Notes under the pieces: generated by a model | What the model saw: the letters and a program-made list of their open reading frames with translations, nothing else | Told to the model about the DNA's origin: nothing | Databases searched by the model: none | DNA from: Cenococcum geophilum | Taxonomy: Eukaryota | DNA: 64,000 nt | Assembly (NCBI GenBank): GCA_050273025.1 | Contig: CP158635.1 | Coordinates: 1,426,001-1,490,000 of the forward strand | Direction: 5' to 3' | Program-made: the position numbers and the translations under genes | Shown here: piece by piece, positions 24,644 through 37,004 of the stretch | Layout of the letters: the number at the start of each line of letters is the position of its first letter | How positions within the stretch are numbered: position 1 is the stretch's first letter

Positions 24644-26687
24644 ATGGATAATGCTGCCTCGGTGCGAAATAAGTATTTTTAATCTGCAGTACAGCAGTTC
24701 ATCCTTCCCGTTCGCCCGACTTTGTCCCTTGCCCTTTTACGTCTCAAGAACCCTGACATATCAGTCGGTGTCCCGTGTTTCCAACGATCTCACCTCCACT
24801 TTTCGTTATCCACCTTTGAAGTTAGGACGAAAAACGTCTGCACAGCCGACAATCCGCTTACTTGAACTATTTCCCGGTCGCTCTATAGATCCCGTCCAAT
24901 GCCAGCTCAAGCCGGTCTCCTTACTCGACAGCCCATCGTATGAGGCACTCTCTTACTGCTGGGGTGACCCTCGCGGTCAGCGTGCCATCACTTGCAATAA
25001 CGAGAGGTTGAATGTCCCTAGGAATCTTGAGGAAGCTCTTCGCGGTCTTCGCCTCTCGGATAGAAAACGCACATTATGGGCGGACGCAGTGTGCATCAAC
25101 CAATCCGATACGGCGGAGAAAGACAACCAAGTACGGCTCATGCGAACCGTATATGCGCAGGCAAGTAGGACTTTGATTTGGCTTGGCGAATTAAACGACA
25201 GACATGAGAAAGGAATCTCTGTCTTTGCGTCACTCTCTGTCAAGATCGGGCTGGTTGGCTGCCGTTGGCTCAACCGTGCACACAATATTCCGTCCATAAC
25301 TATTCGCGACACTAGGACAGGGGTGAGCCGCACGTTGCCGCCATTCTCCAACGAAATTTACCTCAGTTTGATTCGCATGCTCCGTAGGCCGTGGTTCCAG
25401 CGAGCGTGGGTAGTCCAGGAAGTCGTTGTTTCCAACAAGCCAACAATACTATGGAACTTCGTGGAGTATGACTGGGGAGAACTGATTCGGGCCCTGCAAA
25501 ATATGTGTGCTGTCAAATTTCCACTTGCTTTTATTTTCTCCTTACAACACATTGCGGCTATTGAGAGTGAGCGCCGTCGATACAAGTCCAGCAACATTGA
25601 ACTCCTTGGACTGCTTCTCCGTCAGCAACGTTGCTCGGCCGCAGACCCGCGAGACAAAGTATTCTCGTTTTGTGGATTAGTCACAACTTCGCCCACACGC
25701 AGAGGAGTGCGAATCAGCTATAGAGAGGACACAGTGTCCATATACCGGAGAGTAGCCGTGAAGGCATTGCGAGACACCGAAACACTGGATCTCCTAAGTC
25801 GCCCACCCCTGCTTACAGCGCTGAAACTACCGGGCCTCCCGTCCTGGGTGCCAGATTGGAGCATTTGCGCTAGCTCTAGCATGGCGTCGACATTTGGCAT
25901 AGGGCCTAGGTCGCTCGCTGCCACAGAGGCAAGGTTCGGGCCCAAAACGCGGCCCAAGTTCGCTGCAGCAGGCAGTTCGCGTTATGTGCCTGATTATTCC
26001 TCGTCGCTTCACGAGTTGATTGTTGAAGGCTATGTCTTCGATACCATCACAGAAGTTGGACAAGTGTTTGAAGGTGTTGAATTGCCGAATGCTATCACTA
26101 CTTTGATTAGTATTGGCAAAAGCTGGACCCAAACGCTTCGGACGTTCCTGAAGGCACGCATGGTCATCATCACCTGGCAGGAAATGATAAGAACGCATTC
26201 GAGTACGATATTACCCCCTGACCAGGCCCTGGACGACATCTTTTGGCAGACTGTTTGTGCAGGCGAGCTTTTTAAATCGACCAAAGTTGCTTCTGCGGCA
26301 GAATTTTGGAAACGTGCTACTCGCAATTCAGGATTTCGCGTGCAGGATATCCCGAGCTTCTTACACCCTATAGGCTTCGCCTACTGTTTTTTCCTTCTTA
26401 TCTGGCATTTAACCTCTAATAAACCGTTCCTTGAATACGAATTACAAGGGCGTTTTATTCTCAATCGGAAAATGATCAGAACTGCCCAGGGTTACATTGG
26501 ATTAGCTAGTGGCACAGCAAAAGTCGGAGATCTGTTGTCTATTTGCAAAGGCTCTAGTGTGCCTCTAGCCTTGAGGCAATTTGAAAACTCTGGCCGATGG
26601 GAACTTGTTGGTGACGCTTATGTTCATGGCATCATGCAAGGAGAGCTCTTCGAGGACAGCAAGTGTAGGAAGATAATTATTATCTAG
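24644..26687 (+). CDS. HET-domain (heterokaryon incompatibility, HET-6-like) protein; predicted exons 24644-24661 and 24765-26687, 646 aa
   Basis: Motifs IRLLEL, YEALSYCWG, LWADAVCINQSD..EK..QV.LM..VY..A, WFQRAWVVQE, DPRDKVF, LPSWVPDW, ELVGDAYVHGIMQGE; no RIP signature. The ORF track start at 24651 probably reads through an intron. Confidence 0.93.
24662..24764 (+). other. Predicted phase-0 intron of the HET gene (103 nt)
   Basis: GTGCGA donor after MDNAAS, pyrimidine tract, CTGAC branch site followed by ATATCAG acceptor; splicing joins in frame to SVSRVSND. Confidence 0.7.
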
Positions 26688-26941
26688 GTATACAAAGGTA
26701 TTTATGGTGTAACTAGCTGAACCTAAGTATTGCCATAGGAATTCTACTTGAACTGAGAATATTTCAGCCCCGCCGCCAGCGTAGCAAATATCTAATGTTA
26801 GACCTTTTGGCCACTCCGAGCCTTTTTCCCATTGAGTGCGCCTGCAAGACGCCCGCTCGTAGCCCGTTCACCCAAACTATTATGGTTCTTTTTACGTGGT
26901 TTCCCAATTATGTATAGTGTATTCTTGGCACAATAAACTTT

Positions 26942-28093
26942 TATAGCAGCCGAGCCCTAAATAGATTAACTAACTAACGCTTAGTACTATATCTAGTAGC
27001 TAAAAAGGTGCCTTAGGGCCTTTGGGCCTTAAGTATATAGTTTTTAAAGCCTATTAGAAGCAATTGGCTTAAGGAGCCTTACTAATTATATATAAGGGGA
27101 CTTTATAAACAGGGGGCTATAAGACACGATTATTGGAATAGATAGATTGTAGAGGAGATAAATCCTTAAGGAGGTAAGGCCTCTAGGATTATAGAGACTA
27201 TATACTACGGGTACGTGCCTCTAGTATATAACTGGCGACTATTTAAGAGGTATCCAGGGGTTGTCTTAAGGGCAACCTAAGGTAACCGCAATAATATCCC
27301 TTACATTACCCCCCCCCCCCCCCCCCTTCTTACAGTCGGCCCCTAATTATTATTACCTTATAGTAAAGGGAGATTATAAGGGCTTGTCCTAAAAGGGGTT
27401 TAGATAAATATCGGTATACCGCTATATATTGTCTATCTATCTAACCCTTACTTTAAACTCCTAAAAACCCTTAATAAGGAAAAACATAACTAGAGAAAAG
27501 ACGCGAGAATTACTGAAAGACCTATTAGAAGCCTACTGGAAGTATACTAGTAATTACCTAGGCTAACCTAAGGATTTTTATATAACTCTACTTCTAAAGC
27601 CTTTATACTAGTTTATAATTAATCATAACTATTATAGGTAATTTAGTGTTTTTAATATAGCTCTGTAAAACCTTTTAGTATAGGATTTAACGTATAAGGC
27701 CTTAGCTTACCGGTGTCTTAAACTATTAAGATATAGTTTATAATCCTTTTTTAGAATCCCCTACGTCACTAATATATTACTCCTATATTTACCCTTAGGC
27801 TATTAAATATAGTTAAGGTATTAATTAGTAAGTTAAAGATACTTATCTCTTAAGATTTAATATATATACTTTTAAATCTAGTAGTCCTATACTATATAGT
27901 TGGTATAGCTCTACTGCCTAGTAAATAGAAGGGATACTTTATAATAGCACTTATAGCTATTATATAATTATTAAAAACGTTTATAACGTTATCCTTTAAT
28001 ACTATAGTATTATATAAGTATAATTTAACCTATATAAATCTTTAATTAATATCTTAATTGCTTTCCTCTAGCCGTGTAATTAGTTTTTATAAG
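26942..28093 (-). mobile_element. 3' LTR (~26942-27305) and adjacent internal remnant of LTR element C
   Basis: RIP resumes abruptly at ~26940; ttaca at 27301-05 is followed by a C-run, the complement of a polypurine tract. Left boundary approximate. Confidence 0.55.
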
Positions 28094-30408
28094 TGTTATA
28101 GGACACCCCCATAATACCTTACACACATCCACCTGTTTTCACCGACTTAGCAACTAAAGACTAACAATAAGACGGCAATCTAACGGCAATCTACTATATT
28201 CTGCCATATTCTGCTATATTCTACTAAGTTCCACTAAATCCTGCTAAGTTCTGCCAGGGCCACTACCTAAGTCCTATTCTACTCCGTATACGCATTAATT
28301 AAGCAACTAAGTCCATAATATATACTCTTTCTTCCTAATTTCTACCTTCTTTCCTTATATAACGTCTTAATCTTATTACAAAGTTTAAATATATAGCTTA
28401 ATGATATCTACTTTACTATATATTATTATCGCTTATACTTACTCTGTAATACTATATTATATTAAACCTATACCCTATATTACCTGACTAGTATATAAAA
28501 TAACCTAGAAGCCCATATATCTATAAAAGACCTATACGCTATATTTACTAAATAAATAGAGACTCTATAACAGGCTTTTGCGGACACCCTTTCCTATTAA
28601 AAAGCCCGATATTATAAGTTAATTAAATCTCTTAAGAAAGAAATTAAAGAGATCTGCTGAAACCTACTATCTGCTATACTATCGCCCCCACTTACCCCTA
28701 CTAGTATTAATCTATAAATACTAGGTAGAAAGAACGTGTCTAAAACTAGCTCCTTAACCCTAAATTTGCTAACTAGTACCCTTAAAAAAAGTTAATTAAA
28801 CACCTCCCTAATCCTCTCGCCTATTTAGGTAAAAGGAATAAACTATACTTTTTCCTTAACTAATTTAAGAATAAGCTAAATAGTAATATTAATCGCTACT
28901 CTACTTCTAATAGCTAGTTATATTACGCTATAAACTACCTAATAAAAGACGCCGTAGAAACTATATACTTATTTTAGCCGAGCACTATAAAAGAACTAGT
29001 TACTATACTAGAAGCATTTTATAGCGACCCTAACTAAATTACTATAGTATAAAGAAAATTAAATAAGATGATATAAGGCTTTAAGAGCTTTCTATTATAC
29101 TTTACTAAATTCTACTACTATGCTAAAGAGACTAGATGGAACGAACCCGCCTTAATTAATCGCCTAGTGGAGTTGCTAAACTTTAAACTAAAGGCTTCCC
29201 TTATAGGAGTTGAGCTACTAAATACCCTTACCGCCTATACTAATATTATCAATAGCTTATATAACGATATACTACGCCTTACCCTAAAATATATATCTTA
29301 ATACTCTGCCCCTTAGCCGCCTAGGACCCGCAAGGACCTAAACGCCATAGATATTAATGCTAGAACCCTCTCTTACGCCCTAAAAGGGTCTATTAAATAT
29401 AAACGACGTATTAAATATAGCCTTTATTTTAAGTGTAGAAGCGACACTTATATCTTAAGTTACTGCTCTATCCCGCTACCCTAAATATATATATAAATAA
29501 CTGGTATAGGTGGTATCTTATTATCTTAAATATATAAACGAATAACTAGTATAAGTAACTAATTACCTTAACTAAGCCCTATCTACTAACCCCAATCGTT
29601 ATTCAGCTTTAACTCGTCTTTTAGTAAATACTACTTATAAGGATAAGGCTATAACTAATATGCTATAAGAACTCCGCCTTAATTGCCTTTAAAAGGAAGG
29701 TCCTAGAGCTAAATCGCTCTCTAAGACGGCTCTTCCTTAGGACCTTATTAAATACTTTAGATATTATAAACTCTAACTCTTAGAATTATAGCATAACTAT
29801 TAACTATTATCTTTAATAGAATAGTTAATAGGCTAATACTTAAGTACTAATTAATATAGGACCTAGCGGCATAGGATTTATTAACAAGATCTTTATATAA
29901 GATAATAGTTTTACCTTAATCCACCTTAACTAGCATATTAATATATTTAGATTTAATAGTAAATATACTATCTTAGGCTGTATTACCTATATAGTAGCCC
30001 TAAGACTCTAATACCTAAACTATAAAAAACTAATTAAGCTTTTTATTACTACCTTAGGTTATTTAGTAATCCTTAAATAACCTTAAATAAAGCTATATAA
30101 GGTAGTTATTAATTAAAATAACCTTAAGCTTTTATTTACTACCCCGCGTTATAAGTAAGAATGCTCTATAATATACTGCCCTAACCCTAAACTAAAATCT
30201 AGGAAATCTACTAAGATTTACTAGCCTAAGATTTCTACCAATATCCACCCCACGCTTAAGGAATCCACTAAATTCCACTAATATGAGAATTCCACCAGTA
30301 TCCACCAAAAATCTAAATTTTTTACTAAGCCCTATAAATAGACCCTAAGCACTATACTATCCCGCGCTAAGTAAAAGCTTAAAATTACTATATAAAGATA
30401 CTAGAAGG
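28094..30408 (+). mobile_element. Ty3/Gypsy element D, 5' part (LTR ~28094-28451, gag, protease), truncated
   Basis: gag motifs F(E)NKLN..RY..(Q)LYYAI; knuckle (C)FKCRSDT(H)I..YC at ~29420-29470; protease LI(DT)GPSGIGFI at ~29845-29885; cut by a Gypsy B LTR. Confidence 0.75.
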
Positions 30409-33000
30409 TATTAGCGACTTAATTAATCGAGGTATAGATATGGCAAAGGGGACGCGCAAGCCTATACGATTAGATTGTCTATAAACGAGAATCTAAAGCT
30501 AGGGAAAGGAAAGGAGAAGAAGAGCAGCGCCGTTCGGTATTTTATAAGATCTTTACGTCACGTAGTCGCAATATGCGGCAATCTGTGGCAACTTGCCGGT
30601 GCGAAGTTCTACCAAGTTCTACTAAGTTCTGCTAGTGCTATAACATTACCCCCCCCTCTAAAAAAGCCTGCCCTTAGGCTTTGTCGCTAAAAGTCTTAAT
30701 AAGAGAATCTAACTAATTAGATAACTTTAACCGCCGGTTAAAGTTCCTAGATATCTTAATATCTTATATAACTAAGAAATTTCTAGGGCATTCTTGTCCT
30801 TATATTCTTTTAGTAGCTTATTATCTTCGTTATACTAGTATTCTATTTATCTACTTATTTAGGTACTTTAGTGGTCTAGGTTTATTAGGGTAACAATTAT
30901 AAAACTTTTAAAGCTTATAAGGATTACCTATAAAGTTCTATATAGGGTACTAAGTGGGGTTTAGGTTATATCCTTTCTAACTAATATAATACTTTAACGT
31001 TCCCTTTACAAGTTTATAGGCTAGTATTTCTTTAATTTCCTATTTATTATCGCTATTAACTTAAATTAGTAGGGGAGGTTTATTCTTTTATCTAGGTAGT
31101 AGGTTATTTATAGCTTTCTATAGCTTATCCGGTAAGAAGATAGGGTAAACTTTAATTAAGTCTAGGAGCTTAATCTTATACAAGTTACCTACTTTATTAA
31201 AAATCTTATATAGTCCTACTATTTTATAGTCTAGCTTATAGCTAGGCCGTTCTGTCTTTTAGTTCTTTATTATAACCTAGACTATATCGCCTATAGTAAA
31301 GTTAGGCTTACGCCTATACTTATTCGCCTACTATTATATTAATTTTTAGGCCTTTTTTAGGTTTATATAGGCTACTTTTTAAGCTTCTTCTAAGCGCTTA
31401 GCGTACTGCTAGGCTTCCTTATAAGATAGTTTTTCGCGTATAGTTTAGGGCCCTTTTAGTCTTTCCTAGTCAAAGTTTATATAGGGTAAGTAACCCATTT
31501 CTAGTTAAATAGGGGCAAATCCAGTAGAGTTGTAAGGTAGGGTCGCTTGGGCGTAGTCTATTAAGGGTAATAGTTTAGCTTAGTTATCCTAAAAGTAGTT
31601 AATAAAAGGCTAAAGTCTCTAGTCCAAGTATTAATTTATAATCTCCGTTTAACCGTTTATTTAGGGTAATATACTATAGAAAGCTTTAGCTTAATACCTA
31701 GGATTTAGGTAAACTTATTCCAAAAGGCTAATATAAACTATGGCCCGCGGTTAGATATAATAGTATTTAATAGTCTATAAATTTAGTAGACGTAGTAGAT
31801 ATACAGTTAGGCTACCTCTTTAGCATTAATATTCTTATAACAGGGAATTAAGAATAGGCGCTTACTAAAGCGATTAACTAGGATTATAACTATATTATAT
31901 CCGTTACGGTCTAGAGGTAGTTTATAAAAATCTATAGAGATATATTGCTAGGGGCGGTTAGGTATTAGGAGGGGTTTTAATAGTCCTAGGGTCTTATCTT
32001 ATAAAATTATAGGCCTATAGTAGTTATTGCAGTTCCGTATATAGCGGTTAATATCTATAATTATTTTAGGCCAGTAGTAGCGGTTACTAATAATCCTACG
32101 GGTCTTATTTTTTTTAAGGTAGGCCGTAAAGACCTAGGCATATGCTTTGGCAATAAGCTAAGTCCATAAGTTCTATTCCTCTACTACCACTAGCCGTTTA
32201 CGGTGCTTAAGTAGTCCACTTTTAAGGGACCATAGGCTAGAAACGTTCTTTGCCTTTTCGCGGTACTCCTATAAAGAAGGGGCCGTATAGTTTACCTACA
32301 GTAGTTTATTAATAAGGTTTAGTTCCATAAAGTTAATAGGGCATATCTTAGCATCTAAAGAGTCTGTATTTAGTTCTACCTATATTTAGGAGTTAAGGTG
32401 CTCTAGTTATAGTAGCGCTTAGGTCTATAATAAGATCTTTACGGCTGTCTAGTTATTTATATCCTATTTATACCTTATAAGAGCGTCTATACAGTTAGTA
32501 GCGCCTAGCCTATATATAATTAGGAAGTTAAACTAAGATAGGGTATCCGCCTAGCGCGCCTATTAAGCTATAAGGGCCTTTATTATTATAAAATATTCTA
32601 AGGCCTTATAATTGGAAACTACCTAGATAGACTTAGGGGTGCCTTTTAGTTAGGCTCGCTAGTGCTAAAAGCTAAAGATAATAGCTAGCATTTCTTTATT
32701 ATAAATTGGGTAGTTTAGCTCAGCATCTATTATAGTCTTTAAATAGTAAGCAATAGGGTGCTATTCTCTATCTATCTACTTTTAGGAGTAAATGCTAGCT
32801 ATAACACTATCTAAGGCATCGGTTTTTAGCATTAAGGGCCGTTCTGGGTCAAAGTAGGCGAGTAAGGGAGTAAAGACTAGTCGTTTCTTAAGCTCGTTAA
32901 AGGCCTACCTATATACGGTGTTAAAGTAAAAGGGCTAGTCCATTAGTCAGTCTAAAAGGCAGTACTTTATATTTATACGTTCTGTAATAGGTCTAAAACT
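30409..33000 (-). mobile_element. Second copy of Gypsy B, 3' part (3' LTR 30409-30645, PPT, chromodomain region, integrase, RNase H)
   Basis: LTR matches 7825-8061; PPT complement ttaccccccctct at 30646; 31552-32940 matches 3585-4975, then skips ~400 bp and ends in RT. Confidence 0.9.
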
Positions 33001-33635
33001 ATTAGGCTATAGAGACGCACTAGCCGTAACCAGCTTAGCGTAGGCGAGGCGTAGGCGAGGCGCCTACAAAACGTAGTCGCCCTGTATTAGAGAACAGCAG
33101 AATTTAGTTCTATAGTTCTACTCATTAAGAACCAGATACTCTTTATATCCCATTACTATTATTACGTTACTATATACCCTAAGGACCTTAGCGTCCTAAT
33201 AGTACTAAATTCTCATCCCTTTTTAGAAGTAGTAGCCTAATAATATAGCGGTCTGCAAAGGCCACGACTATATAGCGGCAACCCTCTGTTAAGAAGACGA
33301 CCTATATTTATTAACTATATTACAGCCTATCGACCTAATGGCGAGACGCGGGCGTACTAGCGTAATGCGTACTACTAAGTCTGGGGATCGGCCCTAGGAT
33401 GATATAGGTAAACCTATATCGTCCTAGACAGAACCGGAAGCTATAGGCGAAGGGGATATATAGGAAGAAATATAACGGCTAGAGAACGAGAAGCTATAAC
33501 TCCTAGAGTAAAGAAAACTATACTTACTTAGGGAAGAGGTGGAAGTACTAAGACGGCGTTAACGCGGCAAGGTAACGTTAACTCCTATTCTTAACCCATC
33601 TTTATAACCTCAAATAATCCTATTAGAGTACTTAC
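33001..33635 (+). mobile_element. Possible LTR plus gag-start fragment of another retroelement
   Basis: RIP-degraded; ttaca at ~33320 followed by atg gcg aga cgc and a charged, helix-like frame; no diagnostic motif. Confidence 0.3.
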
Positions 33636-33955
33636 ATCAGGAATTTTCTTTTTAGGCACGTTGTTGCAAATTGCGGCAATTTGCTGCAAACTGTGCGATT
33701 CGGGCAGTTGTATATGGTCGTTAGCGATTCGCGCAAACCGCGCGTTTTGCAACAAAATTACAGCATCTGCTAGTAAATTGCAGCAAAACGCTTAACTACC
33801 AAACTAATTCTAGCTTTTTGCTACCCTGTAAATAAATAGCGCGTAAACTATACAAATTATACAAACTGTACGAACTGTACAAACTATACAAACTGTACGA
33901 ACTATATAAACTGTATAAACTGTACAAACTGTATAAATTATAACTATATAAATTA

Positions 33956-34594
33956 AGGGCAGTGCTATTTGGACACCCCCTAATTGCTAGGTGGACACCC
34001 CCCTAAATTAGGTTTAGCGCCTACCTTAATAAGTTAGAATATTACGTACGTTTAACTTATTTGCATCTACATCACGAAAATTAAAGTGCGCGCCCGTCCA
34101 AATCAATACCGTATTTACCTTAACTTTGCATCTAAAAGCCTACAATTATAGAGCGTTACCATAGTTAGCTAATTGGCTCTATAACTAGCTCTATAATTAC
34201 TAATCGCGTTAATAGATTTACTTATAAAGAGCGCTTAGTATTTAAGTAAAATACTAGCTAGAGTCCTACCGGGCGTATACGTTAAAGGTAGCAGTACCTA
34301 AATTAGTTTACGTAATACTTTATAAAGCACTACGTAGTTTAATTAATTGCTCCCTTAGCGCGTTCCAGATTTAGACTTTACTACTTATACTATAACTAAA
34401 ATTAAAACTTAAATTGTGGTGTTATAGTTATAGCGTATACTTTGATTTTTGTAATATAGGCGCAAATAAGTTAAACGTATATAATATTCTAACCTATTAA
34501 GGCAGGCGCTAAACTAAATTTGGGGGGGGGTGTCTACTTAGTAATTGGGGGGTATCCACCTAGTAATTAGGGGGTGTCTAAATAGCACTGCCCT
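33956..34594. mobile_element. pogo/Tc1-mariner-type MITE
   Basis: TIR agggcagtgctatttRgacaccccc with ~130-bp imperfect arms; TA flanks (33954-55, 34595-96). Confidence 0.85.
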
Positions 34595-34608
34595 TATATA
34601 ATATAATA

Positions 34609-34959
34609 TTAATTTAGGTGCTGCCACCTCTGATATATACGCCCGGTAGAACTCTAGCCAATATTTCGCTTAAATACTAAAGGCTCTCTATAAGTAAATC
34701 TATTAACGCGATTAGTAATTGTAGAGCTAGTTATAGAGCTAATTAGCTAACTATAGTAACGCTCTATAATTGCAGGCTTTTAGATACAAAGTTAAGGTAA
34801 ATACGGTGTTAATTTAGACGGGCGCGCACTTTAATTTTCGCAATATAGATGCAAATAAGTCAAACGCACGTAATATTCTAACCTATTAAGGCAGGCGCTA
34901 AACCTAATTTAGGGGGGTGTCCACCTAGCAATTAGGGGGTGTCTAAATAGCACTGCCCT
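34609..34959. mobile_element. Truncated inverted copy of the 33956 MITE
   Basis: Reverse complement of 33956-34306; ends cactgccct followed by TA. Confidence 0.85.
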
Positions 34960-35069
34960 TATATAATAACCAAATTATTATATATTCCTATAGATTTCTA
35001 TAATATACTTTTAAATATATTTATATTATAACTATATAAAATATAGAGCTATCTACTTTAGGTATTAAG

Positions 35070-36265
35070 GGGGAAGCCTCTTATAGAGGCTCTAAATTAT
35101 CTACCTACCTGCCTATTTGCCTATCTACCTACCTACCTGCCTACCTACCTACCTGCCTGCCTGCCTACCTGCCTACCTACTTACCTGCTTACCTGCCTGC
35201 CTGCCTACCTACCTGCCTGCCTACCTATCTATCTATCTATCTATCTATCTATCTGTTTATCTGTTTAGTTATCTGTCTGTCTATACCTACCCATCTATAC
35301 CTACCTATCTGTGCCTACCTGTCTATGTTACCTTAATTCGATCGATTGATTAAATCGTTTATTGTATTCGCTGGCTAGTCGTTTAAACGGTTATTGTGTG
35401 GCTTTAGCAGCGGTCGTGTAGCTCTGGCGACGGTCGTCTGGCGATAACGACAGTCGCCTAGCTCTAACGGTTATCTAGCGACGGCGACGGTCGTCTAGCT
35501 CTGACGACGGTCGTCTGGCTCTAACGGTCGTCTAGCTCTGGCGACGGTTATCTGGCGACGGTTATCTAGCTCCGGCAACGGTCGTCTAGCACTGACAACA
35601 GTCGTCTAGCTCCGGCGATGGTCGTCTAGCTCTAGTAACGGTTATCTACTAGCTATCGTTCTGGTGTCTTCCTAGGTAGGGAGGATATAAGAAAGGGTAA
35701 AAAATAAGGTAGCTACCTAGGTGTATATAGGGGGTATACTTAGTAGAGGTATGTATAGAGGCTATTGGGAATATAGCGGGGACCCGATATAGAACTTCGC
35801 GTAGAGCCTTTATACGTAGAGCTTCGCGCAAAGCCTTATACAGAGCCTTTATACGTAGAGCTTTATATAGAGCTTCGTGTAGAGCCTTATATAAAGCTTT
35901 ATATAGAGCTTTATATAGAGCTTTATATAGAGCTTTATATAGAGCTTTATACAGAGCTTTGTGCAGAGCTTTATGCAGAGCTTTATACAAAGCTTTATAC
36001 AGAGCCTCTATACGCAGAGCTTTATATAGAGCCTTATATAGAGCCTCGCGTAGAGCCTTATATAAAGCTTTATATAGAGCTTCGTGTAAAGCTTTATATA
36101 GAGCCTTGTATAAAGCTGTATATAGAGTCTTATATAGAGCTTTATATAGAGCCTCATATAGAGCCTTATATAAACCCTAGTATAGAACCTTATATAAAGT
36201 TTTATATAGAGCTTTATATAGAGCTTTATATAGAGCTTCGTGTAGAGCTTTATATAAATCCATTT
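35070..36265. repeat. Composite simple-repeat block (cctg/ccta 4-mers, cggtcgtctagctctggcga units, 12-bp atagagctttat array)
   Basis: Shares blocks with 9303-10190 (e.g. ggtagggaggat..agggtaaaaaataaggt, gggaatatagcggggacccgata) and, inverted, with 17920-18520. Confidence 0.8.
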
Positions 36266-37004
36266 ATAAAGCTATAAACATTTTGCCAAGCTACCCCTTA
36301 GAATCCACGTTTTTCTATAGCCCTTGCGGAAAACTAACCGTTTTATTTAGTAATTTATTTTCTTTTTTTAACCCCACCTCTCGTTCTTTTTAAAGTTCCG
36401 CGCCTCCATTAAAAACGCTATCTAGTTTTTTAACCTCGCCGCCTCTCTTTCTTGCTTGCTCCTCCCTTCTTTTCCTCCTCCCCCCTTAACCTCCGCGCAA
36501 GCGCTCCTAATTATACGCTCGTGCCGTACCGCCTTCTTCCTTCTACCTCCTCTATATTCTTAGCCCGCTGCAAAAATACAGGCCTGTCTTTCCTATACTA
36601 CACTGCCCTTAACGCCCAGTTTAACCGCTGGGGGTCCTATTTTAGGCCCCCCCTAAGATAGATAGAAATATATATATCCTTCGCCCGCCGTTCTACTACA
36701 GTCTTTAGCAGTCTTATCTCCTTCTCTATCCCCAACCTTAAATTCTAACTACTCCTTTTACTTATTCGCTATCGCGATTTCTAACTAATCGGCCCACCTA
36801 CTATCCTTTTAATCCCTCCGTCCGCGTCTATCCCTCGCTACTTCCATTCTTTTATGCCCTAAAGATAGCTTCCCTTTGGCAGCGATAGGCACTATATAAT
36901 ACAGTAACGGCTATTCTATAACGGTCTCTACATCCGTCCCTATATCCGTCCCTATATTCGTCCCTATATCCCTTATTAATCCGCGTCCGCTAAAGGAGGT
37001 AGAT

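Noticed and set aside
24651..24764. N-terminal 38 aa of the 678-aa ORF as real protein
   Set aside because: The segment has donor, branch and acceptor signals and is better explained as an intron after an upstream ATG at 24644.
24977..26326. Five minus-strand ORFs inside the HET gene
   Set aside because: Antisense shadows of an intact coding region with no recognisable motifs.
8062..30408. Flanks ccttcta (8062) and tagaagg (30402-08) as a TSD or inversion signature
   Set aside because: They are inverted rather than direct, border LTRs of different copies, and 8062 onward is explained as Crypton coding sequence; probably chance.
35117..36180. ORFs with LPAY, ALYK and ALYR repeats
   Set aside because: Products of 4-bp and 12-bp tandem arrays.
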